This document shows, piece by piece, positions 27,738 to 40,600 of a stretch of DNA of 64,000 bases. This DNA is from Azolla caroliniana. Lineage: Eukaryota; Plantae; Polypodiophyta. Each line of letters begins with the position of its first letter. The first letter of the stretch is position 1. Location: assembly GCA_043228905.1 (NCBI GenBank), contig JBHGNT010000011.1, positions 20,460,001-20,524,000 of the forward strand, written 5' to 3'. Under the pieces are notes generated by a model, which saw only the letters and a list, made by a program, of their open reading frames with translations, was not told the origin of the DNA and searched no databases. A program made the position numbers and the translations under genes.

Positions 27738-27896
27738 ACAAGACAATGAACTAAGTATATGGATTACCCTTATGTAAGGTCCCCATAAAGGAGCAATTTG
27801 CTTGATAACACATTTTCACAAGACAATGAACTAAGTATATGGATTACCTTATGTAACGTCCCCATAAATGAGCAACTCACTTGATAACACATTTTC
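27738..27896. repeat. Tandem duplication (about 79 bp x2)
   Basis: ACAAGACAATGAACTAAGTATATGGATTACC..CTTGATAACACATTTTC is repeated head to tail. Confidence 0.85.
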
Positions 27897-28099
27897 GTTA
27901 AGAGGGTGGGGATCAAAATCTCAAAGTGTCTTCACATATTCCCTTGAGATTATAGGACATCTAATTGATTGGATTTCTAGATGTGCTACAATGTCCCCTC
28001 TATTAATGCCCAAACATGCAAAATAACTCTGTAAGATCTATTTCAATGTTATGAAGATGTTGCATTAACCTCACCTAATTTAAGAGGTTAGCTCACCAA

Positions 28100-28431
28100 T
28101 GTAGCTGGTAATGTTCTGAACAAGCACCAACCAACCCTCTGTAAGGGTAGTAATCATAGAGAGTGGATACACTTGTATAGCATACGAATTTCTTAGATGA
28201 ATAGAGAGTGGAGAGAGTGGATATAGTTGTACCGAGACACATTGAATGGTTACATGCTCATATACATTCATGTCCTATATATGATGTTCAGATAATCCAC
28301 ACATCCTCTATATATGTAGTCTATCTTCTATATACAGTATTTACACAGAGGAAGGCGGTAGGTTATAAGCATTCAGTAGGATCCATCTCATCATATCAAT
28401 AGTTGTTTCCTATCCTTAGGAAATTACTACA
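28100..28431. mobile_element. LTR-like remnant
   Basis: Inverted termini TGTAG...CTACA with an internal TATA-like run (CTATATA). No TSD. Confidence 0.45.
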
Positions 28432-29198
28432 TATCCAACGTTGATGGTGTGGTGTGAAGACTAGAGCACTTTCCTGCTCTATTAATGGATTCTTACCTTT
28501 CCTTTCCAGGGAAATCTACAATGGCTTTGCCTGATCCCATTGCTGCTTCTGTTAACTACCGATGTTGTTTCGCTCGTACTTGTGCCATGTTTCCTTCTTT
28601 TGATTGCACCTATGGTTCCTTGATGGGGTGGGATGATACACCTTCAGTTTGCTCACTTGATGTGGCTCAACAAAAGATGCCATCTTTTTTTGTGGGTTTA
28701 AGCAAGCATACCATCCACTTGCTTGAAATCTCCTATCTTTTTACTTCATGGCATCCTTGACTCTCTTTATTTGCGTCTAATCCTTCCATCTTCTCTGCAG
28801 GCAGCAAATGCGCAGACAGAGAGAAGCTATCCTCTTTTCATCCTGTTCTCTCCGCTTTGCTCATTCTATTGTAGCTAAACACAAGAGTAGCTTCCTTCTT
28901 CTCTCACTCTTTCCCGACTCTTCTCCCCCTCCATCAATACTCCCCTGCTTCGTCAAATGTGGCATCCATTTGTGCTTCTTCTTCGCCTCCTCTGTTTTCT
29001 CAGGGGTTCTTCTCTTCTTTCTCTATTTGCCTTTTGTATACATACATATGTACATACCTTCTTCAATACACCTTCTTCTAATCTCCTTATGACTTTTTGA
29101 GTGTTTTGTGATCTTCTTTCTATTTGAGACTCTCGACTCTCGAGTCCTCAATGCTTTTTGTCTTCTTTCTTTCTTTCTTTCTTTCTGTGGTGGTGAGA

Positions 29199-29715
29199 TG
29201 TAGTAGGATCTTATCACTCAACAAATCACCTCATCCGCAATACAAAATTCCCCAAGGGGAATCGAAAATCGAAATCGTTTCGGAAGACTATAATTGTAAA
29301 TAGTCTAAAATGCCCCTTGTGGGCTATACTTGTAAATATTCAGAAAGTTGCTTTTGTTTATAAGCAACCAGGGCAAACTTTAGTGATGTATAGTTGATCA
29401 TTATTGAAAAGTGAGAGCGAGGGAGTTGCCTCTGCAATCGTGAGTGAGAGAGTGAGAGTGTGACTCTGTAGCCGTCCTTCAGACGAAGGAGAACTTGACG
29501 TCTTTGCCTTCGAGTTCCGTATTTGTACTTCCTCTCTACCATAATGATCAGTTTTCTTGGGGTTTGTGGACCCTCGTGGTTTTTCCCATTTCGGGTTTTC
29601 CACGTAAAATATCGGTGTCTCTGTGTCTTCATGTTTTTCTGCCTGTGTACTAGTTCTTGGTTTCTGCACACGAATACGAACGTAAACTGGTTGTGGCCGA
29701 TCGATTCCTATCACA
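29199..29715 (+). mobile_element. Copia (Tnt1/Tork-like) LTR, related to the LTR at 44726-45408 but in the opposite orientation
   Basis: TG...CA ends. TTTCGGGTTTTCCACGTAAAATAT and GGTTGTGGCCG are the reverse complement of motifs at 44742-44910. The left boundary is approximate. Confidence 0.6.
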
Positions 29716-32700
29716 AAGTTCTCCCTATGAAAAGCTCGATTCTGTATTATATCTTTACTTGGAGGCGATAATGGAAGCCTAGTCGAATCCTATGTCGATT
29801 TTCCAGTCGACGCGACTAGTCGGCCTTCTCCTTGACCTGGGGCATCCATGATGTAGTCGACTATTATAGTTGACTCTCTCTATCTCCTTCAGAGTAGTCG
29901 ACAGGGTTGTCGACTCGCTAGTCGATTCGACCGACCATCCAATGTTCGACTGCCGACTTCCCTCATAGACACCGACTGTCGACTTCTCCCATATGAGGGA
30001 CATATTGCTAACAAACTCCTATGGAGAGAAGTCGGTCATTCTAGTCTTTTGTCGACAGACTCTGAGTCTATCCATAGGTAGGTTCTTAATGAGCATGTCA
30101 GATCCATTATCACAGTATGGATCTTCACAAGGGTAAACTCTCCTTCATCCACTTTCTCTTGCAACTAGTGACACCTTCTCCGTATGTGTTTCGTTTGAGA
30201 GTGGTAAGTAATGTTCTTGGCTAGATGTATGGCACTCTGATTGTCACAATGAAGTAAGAATTATCTTTGCTTCATTCCCAACTCTCTGAGAAAATTTCTC
30301 ATCTATATAAGCTCCTTGCCGACTTCTACCGTGGACATATACTCCGCCTCTATAGTCGACAAGGCCACATACTTCTGTAGTCTTGATTGCCACGACACTG
30401 CTCCCCCTGCATAGGTCATCACTTAACCTGATGTGGATCGGCTTGAATCACGTCCCCCGACATGTCTAAGTCGGTAAACCCTTTGAGCATAGGTTTTTTG
30501 ACACCATACCTAAGGCACACCCCCGAGGTGCCTTTCAAGTACTTGAGTATCCACTTGATTGCTGCCCAATGTTCTCTTCATGGATTACTCATGTATCGGC
30601 TTATTGCTCCCATGACAAATGCTATGTCTAGCCTCGTACAAACCATAGCATACATTAAACTGCTGACGACCGAGGCATATGGTACTTTCCTCATCTCAAC
30701 CTTTTCTTTCTCCCTTCTTGCGCATTGCTTGGCATTCAACTTGTAGTTTGTCGGCAATGCATACCGATTGGCTTTGCTTCTGACATGTTGAACCTCTCCA
30801 AGATCTTTGTCACATATTTCTCTTGTGACAACCATAACACTTTCCTAGTTCTGTCCCGAACTATGTGCATCACCAAAATCTGTTTGGACGATCCAAGATC
30901 TTTCATGGCAAACGACTTGCCTAGTGCTTTCTTCAAGCTCACGATCTTCTTTATGTCTTGACATCCAACTGTTCAATCTCTAGATCCATACTGGCAGTTA
31001 TGTTGACAACAATTCGGATTGATGTCATCTTCATGACTGGTGCGAATATCTTGTCAAAGTCGGCATCCTTTTTCTGTTGAAATCCCTTCACCACAATGTG
31101 GGCTTTATATCTGGGTGTGTTGTCGACTTCTCCAGTCTTCATCTTGTAGACCCATTTATTCTTGAGTGCTCTCTTACCTTTTGGTACCTCCACCAACTCG
31201 TAAGTATAATTTTCATGCAAGGAGTCCATTTCTTCTTGCATTGCACTCAGCCATTTCTCTTTGTGCTCATCTGCTATGGCTTCATCATAACATTCCGCCC
31301 TGCCTTCATCAGTCAAGAGGACATATTGATTGGCATATTGGGTGGGTGCTCTGATGTCTTTGAGTGGATATCTCTTGTCTTTCATAGTCGGCTCAGGTTC
31401 GGATGTTGTAGCTGACTCTTCATTCGGTTCGTGTTCATGCATGTTGGTCGGTTGTTGGAGTTCAACTAACTCCGACCCATATGCCTCAACCGACTCCTGT
31501 AGCTTTGTCGACTTTGACTCATATGTATCAGTCGGTTGCTTCGAGTCGACTATCTCAGATTCAGCAGTTCCAACTGGCTATCTTTTAATAGTCAATTGTG
31601 TCATGTCGACTAATCGTGTGTTCGGAGTCGGCCGGGAAGACGACCCCAACTGCTGTTTCTGGTCTTCAATTGTATTGTCTTCCATAAACACTATGTTTTA
31701 ACTCCTAACAATCTTCTTATCAAGAAGGTCCCACAACTTGTAGCCGAATTCATCCTCTGAGTACCCTAGGAATATGCATGGTTTCAATTTGTTGTCAAGT
31801 TTCGACCTCTGATCCTAAGCTACATGCAAATATACCAGGCATCCGAACACCTTCAGGTGTTGGTAGGAGACATCTTTACCTGTCAACACCTTCTGTGGGA
31901 CATCACCTTTCAGGGGCACTGAGGGAGACCTATTGATTAGATAAACAATCGTGTACATCGCCTCAACCCAATACGATTTCGGCAGCTTTGCATGCGACAA
32001 CATGCTTCTCACTCTTTCCATGATTGTCAATTCATCTTCTCTGCAAGCCTATTCAACTCAAGGGTCTTTGTTCGAGTTGAATACCTTGGGTCTTCCAGCA
32101 CTCTTCGAACTATCCTCTATACTTGCCACCGTTGTCGGTCCGGACAACCTTCAACTTTCGACCAGACTCCCTTTCAACACTGTCCTGAAATTCTTTGAAG
32201 ACCGACAACACTTAATCTTTCGACTTTACCACGATAGCCCACAACTTTCTGCTGTAGTCATCGATGAATGTCACAAAGTATTGTCCACCACGATGCAATG
32301 GAGCATCCACATAGCACACATCCGTGTGGACCAATTCTAGTGCACATTCTCTCCTCTTTGGTGGTTTTGAGTGGAATGTTGCTCTGTTCTACTTTCCGAC
32401 CAAGCAATCGACACTCTTCTCCAAGTGCAATCCTTTTACTTCTGGAAGGAGTTTCTTGTCGGCTAAGATATGCATTCCCTTCTCGCTCATATGGCCAAGC
32501 CTCTTATGCCATATCTTTCCACTCGAGTTGGTAGACACATTCACTTCATCCTTCCACAACTTGGCTTGCATCATATACAATGTGCCTTGTTTATGTGCTC
32601 GTGCCACTATGAGGTTCCCTCGAGAGAACTTCCATTTGCCATTTCGAAAGCTACCACTATAGCCTTCATCGTCCAATCTTCCAATTGATATCAGATTCAG

Positions 32701-33544
32701 CCTAATTTGTCGAACATTCCTTAGGGTTAGCCCACAACCAGTCGGCGTTATCAGGCACACACTTCCAATGCTGACTATCCTGCATTCTCCATTATCTCCA
32801 ATCTTCACATAGCCATAGTCACCAGCAGTGTAAGACGAGAAGCACTCTCTCGAGGGAGTTATATGGAATGATGCACCGGTGTCAATCACCAAGGTGCACT
32901 CTTCATTTGCAAGATTTCACAAATGAATAGATGTTCTTCTGAATCAATCGTAGCGATGATTGAAGTGCTCTTATCCTTAGAAATCTTTCTGGGTTCAACA
33001 TCATTTGAGACGCCTTTGTCCTTCTTAAGGTATCGACAGTACTTCTGGAAGTGTCCAAGTTTTCCACAATAAAAGCATGTAACCTACCCCTAGATTTGGA
33101 TTTGTCATGGGACTTGTCCCTTCTTTGTGGACTTCTTTGTTTGTTCCTTCCTCTGCCCGAATGTTACAACACATTTGGCTCTTACTGGGTCAAGACACCC
33201 TTGTCATTCGTTCTTGTCTCCTCATTCAAGATACTTGTCTTTACCACTGGTAGAGACAAGTTTTCTTCTTGACACGAGGTGCTGAGAGTCACCACCAGGT
33301 TCTCCCAGCTGTCTGGTAAGGTACACAACAACAATCGGGGCATCATCAAGGGGGAACTTGGCTGCCGCAAGTTGATTTACTAGCCCCATGAATGTGTTGA
33401 TGTGCATTACTATGCTTTCACCATCTTTGTACTTCAACCTTACTATCTTTCTCATCAAAGGTGTCTTGTTGAGGGCATTTTCCCTCTCGTACAACCCTGA
33501 CAACTTCTGCCACATCTCGTAGCATTGGTGTCGTTAGCGACATA

Positions 33545-33973
33545 TGTTATCTCCTTCTTTGGGATACAACTTCGATTACTCCCCTAAGTAATCGGGTCAA
33601 GAGATCGTGGTTACGTAGGAGGGTACGATAGGGCCGAGTGGCCCGAACAGTTATACGATAACCGGCCACAACCGGTATACTACTTACGACTTAAGAATAA
33701 CCGAAACAACAGTACAGATTGCAGAACAGACATAGAGATGACCCAAAAAGTATATGTCTTGATTACAGAATACAATCGATTACAAGGTAACACCGACCGA
33801 TTATATTAGTCACTCTTCTCTTATATCATAGCGTATGCATATATTTGCCCTGTTTTCTTTTGTTGTTCCACAATTTATATAGCCTATTGTGCTTCAACAA
33901 CTTTCCCTAATTCACGACCTTTATTCTCGGTTGCATATATTTCGTTCTACCTTCCTGGGCTATGAGTGCTCCG
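33545..33973 (-). mobile_element. Orphan LTR fragment (element C) inserted in gag of element A
   Basis: Starts TGTT exactly where the A gag breaks, has a TATA box (GCTATATAAAT on the minus strand), and shares GGCCACAACCGG with the LTR at 44726. It is cut off at 33973 by the next element. Confidence 0.55.
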
Positions 33974-36900
33974 TGACGCGTTGTTACGCGCGTGCGTGTA
34001 TAAGGGGCGGGACCACGGGGGTCTCGAACTGGGGAGTAGAGGAGAAAGAATAAGATATGATATGGAGGCTTAGCTCAAGAGGAGAAGAAGAAATAATAAG
34101 ATCACCACATAGAAGGAGAGATCGGCGAAGGTAAGATACTCAACAAGATATATTAAAACAAACAAATGATTACAACAATGGTGGCCACATGGGCCACACC
34201 AAACGACTATGAGAAAACCCTAACCGAAGATGAATAAGGAAAACCCTAAACCAAACCCTAACCCTAAAACGGTAAGAACTCTAGACTAAGTGGTATACCT
34301 CTCATACGCAAAATAGGCAACCCCTCCCTTCCTTTTATAGCCCAAGGAGGGAGGGACCTTACAATGTGGGATAAAGTTTCCCCTCTTATTTCTATACACC
34401 ATGTCCTAGTATACGTGTGCACATGTTGCACACCACCGACTTGCCCTTTCCACCCCGGTTTTCGCCTATGGACGAAAATCTTCACGACATCCGCCGCCAC
34501 CAAACCGCACATCCACGGGTATGTGCCAAGAAGGGGAAATAGGTGAGATCTTCAACCATGGCAGTCAACCGAGTCCTTAGCGTCTTTGTCAGCTTTGCCC
34601 GGCTTCGTCTTCCACTTCGAGCAAGCCCATCCGTCCCATATCGACCATCGTAGCCTCCCGGTCCGCCATATCCGTCGTATGCTCTCGAACCGTCGGCTCC
34701 ATCCGATCCACCATACTCGACGAAGTTTGCCGAACCACTGTCTCTACCCGGTTCGCCAAACCCGGTCTTCGCACACCTCTCTCAGTCTTCCTTCTTTCAC
34801 TGTGTGTGACCTTGGATCGAATCCTCGTTCTTCCCGACTGTTTGCCGAATATTGCACCGTGGGCTCTTCGTCCACGCTTGATTTGCCTCGGCCGCTTCCT
34901 CGACTCGGCATTGCCACGCGCCGAACTTCGTCGTCGATCATCCTCGTGCTTGTCACTCGGCCCTTACGCGGCCACATCGCACGTCTCGTACTTCGCTTTG
35001 CTCTGCGTACCCTTTCGAAAAGGTACGTTGCTTCCCCGACATTTGTGTCGGTGCTCTCGTCTTTGGTGTCCTCCGCAACCTCCGATGTTGCCGCTTCGCC
35101 CCGAGGTACACCCTCTTGGTTCGCCTCGTATGTCCTCTGGATGCACTCCGGATCTCTCCGATTGCACTACGGTTTCCGCCCTTTGCATGCCGCTCCTTTG
35201 GTTTTATCGTCTCCGCATGCCGGACACCTCGGTGTGTCGACTCTTCCTACTCTGCGCATGCCTTCTGTAGGCTCTTCCCGTGCGCCGATGTCATCCCCCG
35301 AATATGTGCTCATTCTTTGGCCCTTAGGCAACCCCATTCCGCGTTCCTTGCTTCTCCTTTGCCCGCCGTGCTCTCTCGCCGTAGAGCGTACCATCATCCC
35401 GACCTCCGCGTCAGTGTCCCTCGGGGCTCTCGTTATCGCCTCACCTCAACTTGCGCCCTCTTGGCCCGCTTGGCCTTGCATGCCCTCCAGGAAGCCGCCA
35501 TGTCTTCTCTTCCCGGCGTGTACCCCGTTGTTCTCCGCGCACCATCCTTCGCTCTAGTCGTTCATCTGTCGATCCTAGAAACTCACCGCTCCGTCTCTTG
35601 CCGCGTGCTTGCCTCTCAAAGGCTCGACCTGTCCGCCGTTGCCGGTCACTCATTGCCGCTCTTCCGAGTACATGCTTGCTTCTTGGCCCTTTGTCAGCCG
35701 TAGTGCATGCTTCGTGTTACACGCTTCTCTCGTCGTAGTCCCAACCTCCGCGTCGGCCTCTTCTCCATTCGTTGCCGTAGCCCCTTCCGACCCCAGCTTA
35801 TCGTCTTGGGCCCCCTCGTCCGTCATTCCATACCGGATACCCGTTCCGGTATCCTCGTCCGCTCCGGCTTCCGACTCGTCGCCGCCACCCGCCGTCTCTT
35901 TGGTCTTACGTCGATCCGCAACCGCCAAAGTCTCAAGGATAGATGTGGAGGGCTCCTCTCGCTCTTGGCCTCCTACCGAGTTGTACTCCTCGTGCATGCT
36001 TGGCCTCCTTCTCACGCTCACCGGCTCCCACCGGGTGTTGTGGCTCGTCCGCCTCGATCTCCAATCATGCCCCGACTTAGCCTTCGCCCAGATCGGTCTC
36101 GGCCGATCGAGTTCCGGTTTGGTCGGCTCCCTTCCGTAATCGTAACTGGCCGGTACATGTTTGTCCGAACAAATCCGGCCTTTCTGGCTCTTCTTCGGTT
36201 TGGGTCCGGTTGACCGGACCTCGCTCCAATCTTCTTCCGCGTTGTCTTCCGGTCGTGTCGGACTATCGACCGATTCATCTTCCGGTCGGGTCGGTTCCCG
36301 ACTCTCTCCTCTTTGCCGCTCCCGACCTCTCCGTCGGTCCTCTCGTACATGCCTGTTCCGGGCCTCACATCCTCATCTTGGTACGTGTTCGCTCCTGGCC
36401 ATGCCTCCTCACGACCACCACCCTTCTCTCCGGTCTTGTACCCCGTCTCTGATTGCGCAAGCCTCGATTACGCTTGCCGCCTCCTCTTCCTCGATCTCCT
36501 TGTCGTTGTTTTGGTTGCCCGCCTTGCCGCCGTCACCGCCCGTCGCTCTAGGTCTCACACCGGCACTCGGGCCGACCGTCGGAGCCTTTAGGGCTGGTGT
36601 GTGTAAGCTCGCGGCACCGCCGCTTGTCTCCTCCCCACTCGATGGTTCGGGCTCCCATGTCCCGAATCCGTAGTTATCGGCCTCCATGGCCGTCCCTTCA
36701 CCGCAAGGCAAGAGGGTCGCTTGCTCCGCACCCTCTCCCATGTCGCCGTCGCACGCTCTTCCGGCCTCCGTATAGGCCCCGTCTTCTATGCTTAGGGAGG
36801 CTTCTTCCTCCACATCCTCCAATCGCCTCCGGCCCGACTCCATAATAAGCCCTTCTTCGGCTTCGATTTTCGCCTTCACAAGCTCGCATGCCTCCCGTAT

Positions 36901-37361
36901 TAGCACTTCTAGGTCGAGCTCCTCCGAACCGTTTTGCATTGAGCTCTCTTCCAGCGGTAGTGCGTAGTCACTCGTCGCTCTCTCTTCTCTGCCACTCACG
37001 GGCCGTGTTGTGGCCGACCGCCTTGCATCATGTTGTCGGCACACCCATTCCACCTCGGACCACTCCTTAGTGAGACCTGTTACACTTGCGTGTTCCTCTA
37101 GTAGCTTTGATGTGAACCATTTTCCCTATACATGGGCACTTTTTACTCTAGTGCTGGCTAGAGGTTTTTTCCCCATGTTACCACATACATGAGTCACTCA
37201 TAAGTGGTGGTACTTAGTACTTAGGGATATATATTTCAGCTCCTATTTTTTTTAGGAACATTCATCAATAGAGAGCTATTCCAGCCATTGCCTTCCTTGT
37301 GTGAGTGCTTCTTTCTTTGAGCTTCTTGTGTGTTTCCCACTCTTCCTCACATACCCAACAG

Positions 37362-37379
37362 TGGTATCAGAGCCAAGTT
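37362..37379 (+). other. Primer-binding site for tRNA-iMet (element E)
   Basis: TGGTATCAGAGCCAAGTT, 1 nt after the 5' LTR. Confidence 0.95.
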
Positions 37380-37646
37380 CTTCATCCTCTCCATCTTCGG
37401 TTGTCCGCATCGCGGTGTCGCGGCGCGCGCGCACTTTTCATTGTGCAAATCAACTTCCGAATATAGAGAAGTGTATTTCAGCACTTGGAGCGCATTTTCA
37501 GCAGGTACCCTGTTGTTTTACCCCCATTTCGAAGCCGTTCGTGTAGTCGAAATCGTCATCCGAGTGATAGTTTGTGAGCTGCATTTTCAGCACTCATTTC
37601 CGATTTGTTGAGGTAATATTTTACCACTTTCTTGTTCTTTGGTAAA

Positions 37647-40600
37647 ATGGCAAACAATGGTGATTTGTTTGGCATGCTTCAAGCTGAAGATAAGCTTGAT
37701 GGGACAAACTATCCAATGTGGTCCTACATGATGAAACACGTTCTTGTTGCCAAACAACTATGGAACATAGTGGTAGATGTAGATCGACGCCCCGCCGGTC
37801 CTACTACTTCACAGTCTACTATCACAGATACAGGTTCATCTTCGAGCACAGTGACTTCATCTACTCCACCAACACAAGAGCAACTTAGATGGGATGGAAA
37901 AGATGCTCAAGCTCATGCATTGATTGCACTTTCTGTGAAGCGTCATATAGTTCCACATATTCGGTCATGCTCTACGTCCAAACAAGCATGGGACACTCTT
38001 GCTTCGTTGTATGCCGTGCGTAACGAAGCACGTGTTGCATATTTGAGAAAGCAACTTGAGGATGTATATATGGCTGAAAATGAGTCGGTAGATGTGTATG
38101 TGACACGCATTAAAGATTTGAAAGAGCAATTGGCAAACATTGATGAGATCATTTCGAATACATCACTTGTCTCTACGTTGTTGAAAGGATTACCCGAATC
38201 TTTTCAAAGCTTTGCTACTACTATTCGTTTGGTTGCAAAAGGGAATACGGATATGTACGCATTTGATGAGGTTGTGTCTCTTCTTTTGCAAGAAGAACAA
38301 TCTAGAGTGAATAGAAGTGGTTTGATAGAGGGAACACAAGCACTTGCTATCTCACAAAAAGGAAAAGGCAAGCATGGTTCAGCTTTTGGTTCTTCAAAAC
38401 CAAAGCCTCAACCTCCCTCTTTCACTTATTCCTCTAATGATGGTGATTTGCAAAAGAAGAAAAGATGCAAATATTGTCGAAAGGTTGGCCATACGATTGA
38501 AGAATGTAGAAAGCTTGTTAAGCGCAATGAGAAGAAGAAGGAATCCGGCATGACCATTTCTGAAAATGTTTCAAGTGCAAAGAGTGATGAGGCCAACATG
38601 GCTCAAGATTATTGGGCATGTGTTGTTACATATCATTATGATGCATCATTGCACTCTAAATGTATGGTTGTAAGTGAGATTGATTCGGATTGGTTCTTTG
38701 ATAGTGGTGCTTCAAAGCACATTACTTCATGCAAAAGTTTTTTTGCATCCTTGAAAGATGCACCCAAAGGTGGACATGTGGTGTGTGCAAACAATGCCTC
38801 TTATCCTATCATTGGAGTAGGAGAAATTGAGCTTTCGGCTGCAAATGGAGGTGTTGTCATCTTAAAGAATGTATTGTATGTGCCCGGTATCAAGAAGAAC
38901 TTAATTTCGGTTCCTTTGATTGCCAAAGCCGGACTTCATGTACATTTTGTTGATGATAAGTGCATGGTTCACGATTATAGCAATGGTGATGTTATCGTGA
39001 TGTCCGGTACATTATGCAATGGCTTGTACCGTTTAGATACATACAAGAGGGCTTCTCTAAATGCCTTGGCTGTACATACTTCTTCCATGGCTGAAATGGA
39101 GCTTTGGCATGCTCGTTTTGGTCACTTGAACTTCAATAGTTTGCTTCACTTGCAAAAGAAGGATATGGTTATTGGGTTGCCTACACTTGAGTCCATTGAA
39201 AAACATGCATGTGAAGGTTGCATTCTTGGAAAAATGCATCGTGCTTCTTTTCCAAAAGATAGTCATACACACACTACAAGAAAATTACAACTTGTTCATA
39301 GTGATGTGTGTGGTCCTGTAAAGACTCCATCTTTTGGAAAGCATGTATATTTTGTTACCTTCATTGATGATGCTACTCGTCATACATGGGTGTATCCTAT
39401 GAAGGCAAAGAATGAAGTCTTTTCTTGCTTCAAATCATTTTTAGCTATGGCTGAAATTTTTTCCGCAAATAAGCTCTTGACTCTACGCACGGATCGTGGT
39501 GGCGAATATATGTCACATGAGTTTAATTCTTTTCTTTGTGAAAGAGGTATTTTACATCAATGTACGGTGCCATATACACCTCAACAAAATGGTGTTGCAG
39601 AACGCAAAAATAGAACACTCTTAGAGATGGCACGATGTATGGTTAAAGGAAAGCATCTTCCTAACAAGTTTTGGATGGAAGCGGTTATGTGTGCAAATTA
39701 TGTGTTGAATCGTTGCCCTACAAAAGCGTTGAGAGTCATTACGCCATATGAGGCTTGGAATGGACATAAACCTATGGTTAGTCATATGCGTGTGTTCGGT
39801 TGTTTGGCATATGCTCTTGTGCCATCACAACAACGTCACAAACTTGATGACAAGGCAAAGAAATGCATATTTGTTGGTTATAGTGCGGAAAGTAAGGGAT
39901 ATCGTTTGTATCATCCATTGACGGACACAATTATTGTGAGTCGAGATGTAGTATTTGCTGAAAATTCAGCTTTCCCTTTTCTTGAATGCAAAAAACAACC
40001 AACAGTTAGCTCACAAGATGTGTTTGATACACTCATGCCTTTGTTCCAAAGTGTTGCGCTTGACCATGGACATGTAGACCAGCCAAGTGAGTCTCAAAGG
40101 GATAAAAATTTCCAGCAAATAAGTGTTGAAAATGCACGAAATGTCCAACCAAATGTGGCTGAAAATGAGCATGAAATTCAGCCCACGCATGATGTACATG
40201 TTGAAGATGTATTACATAATGAACGTATGGCTATCGAGAGGTCACAAACTATGCCGAGGTGGCTGAAACAAACTTTGCAAGATAGCAAATTGAGTGCACC
40301 TTTACTTGGTAAAACAAGATCAAGCTCTCGCCATGCATCAGGTAATTTTGTGGATTATTCTATTGTTGCAATAGCATGTAATGAGGAGCCACTTACTTTT
40401 GAAGATGCATGTGATGATCCACATTGGATGAGTGCTATGCAATCAGAAATGGATTCCATTCATAAAAATGGTACTTGGGAGTTATGTGAATTGCCAAAAG
40501 GAAAGAATGTGATTGGTACTAGGTGGGTTTACAAGATTAAACGAAAGCCCGATGGTAGTATTGATCGCTACAAAGCTAGATTGGTTGCCAAAGGATATGC

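Noticed and set aside
28432-29198. Hydrophobic ORFs suggesting a membrane protein
   Set aside because: Pyrimidine-rich low-complexity DNA between LTR remnants with no splice structure; probably decayed element interior.
34586-36673. Long plus-strand ORFs (323, 195, 176, 170 aa) antisense to element D
   Set aside because: This strand is A-poor and GC-rich, so stops are rare. Several frames are open at once and none shows a domain motif, so they are treated as shadow ORFs.
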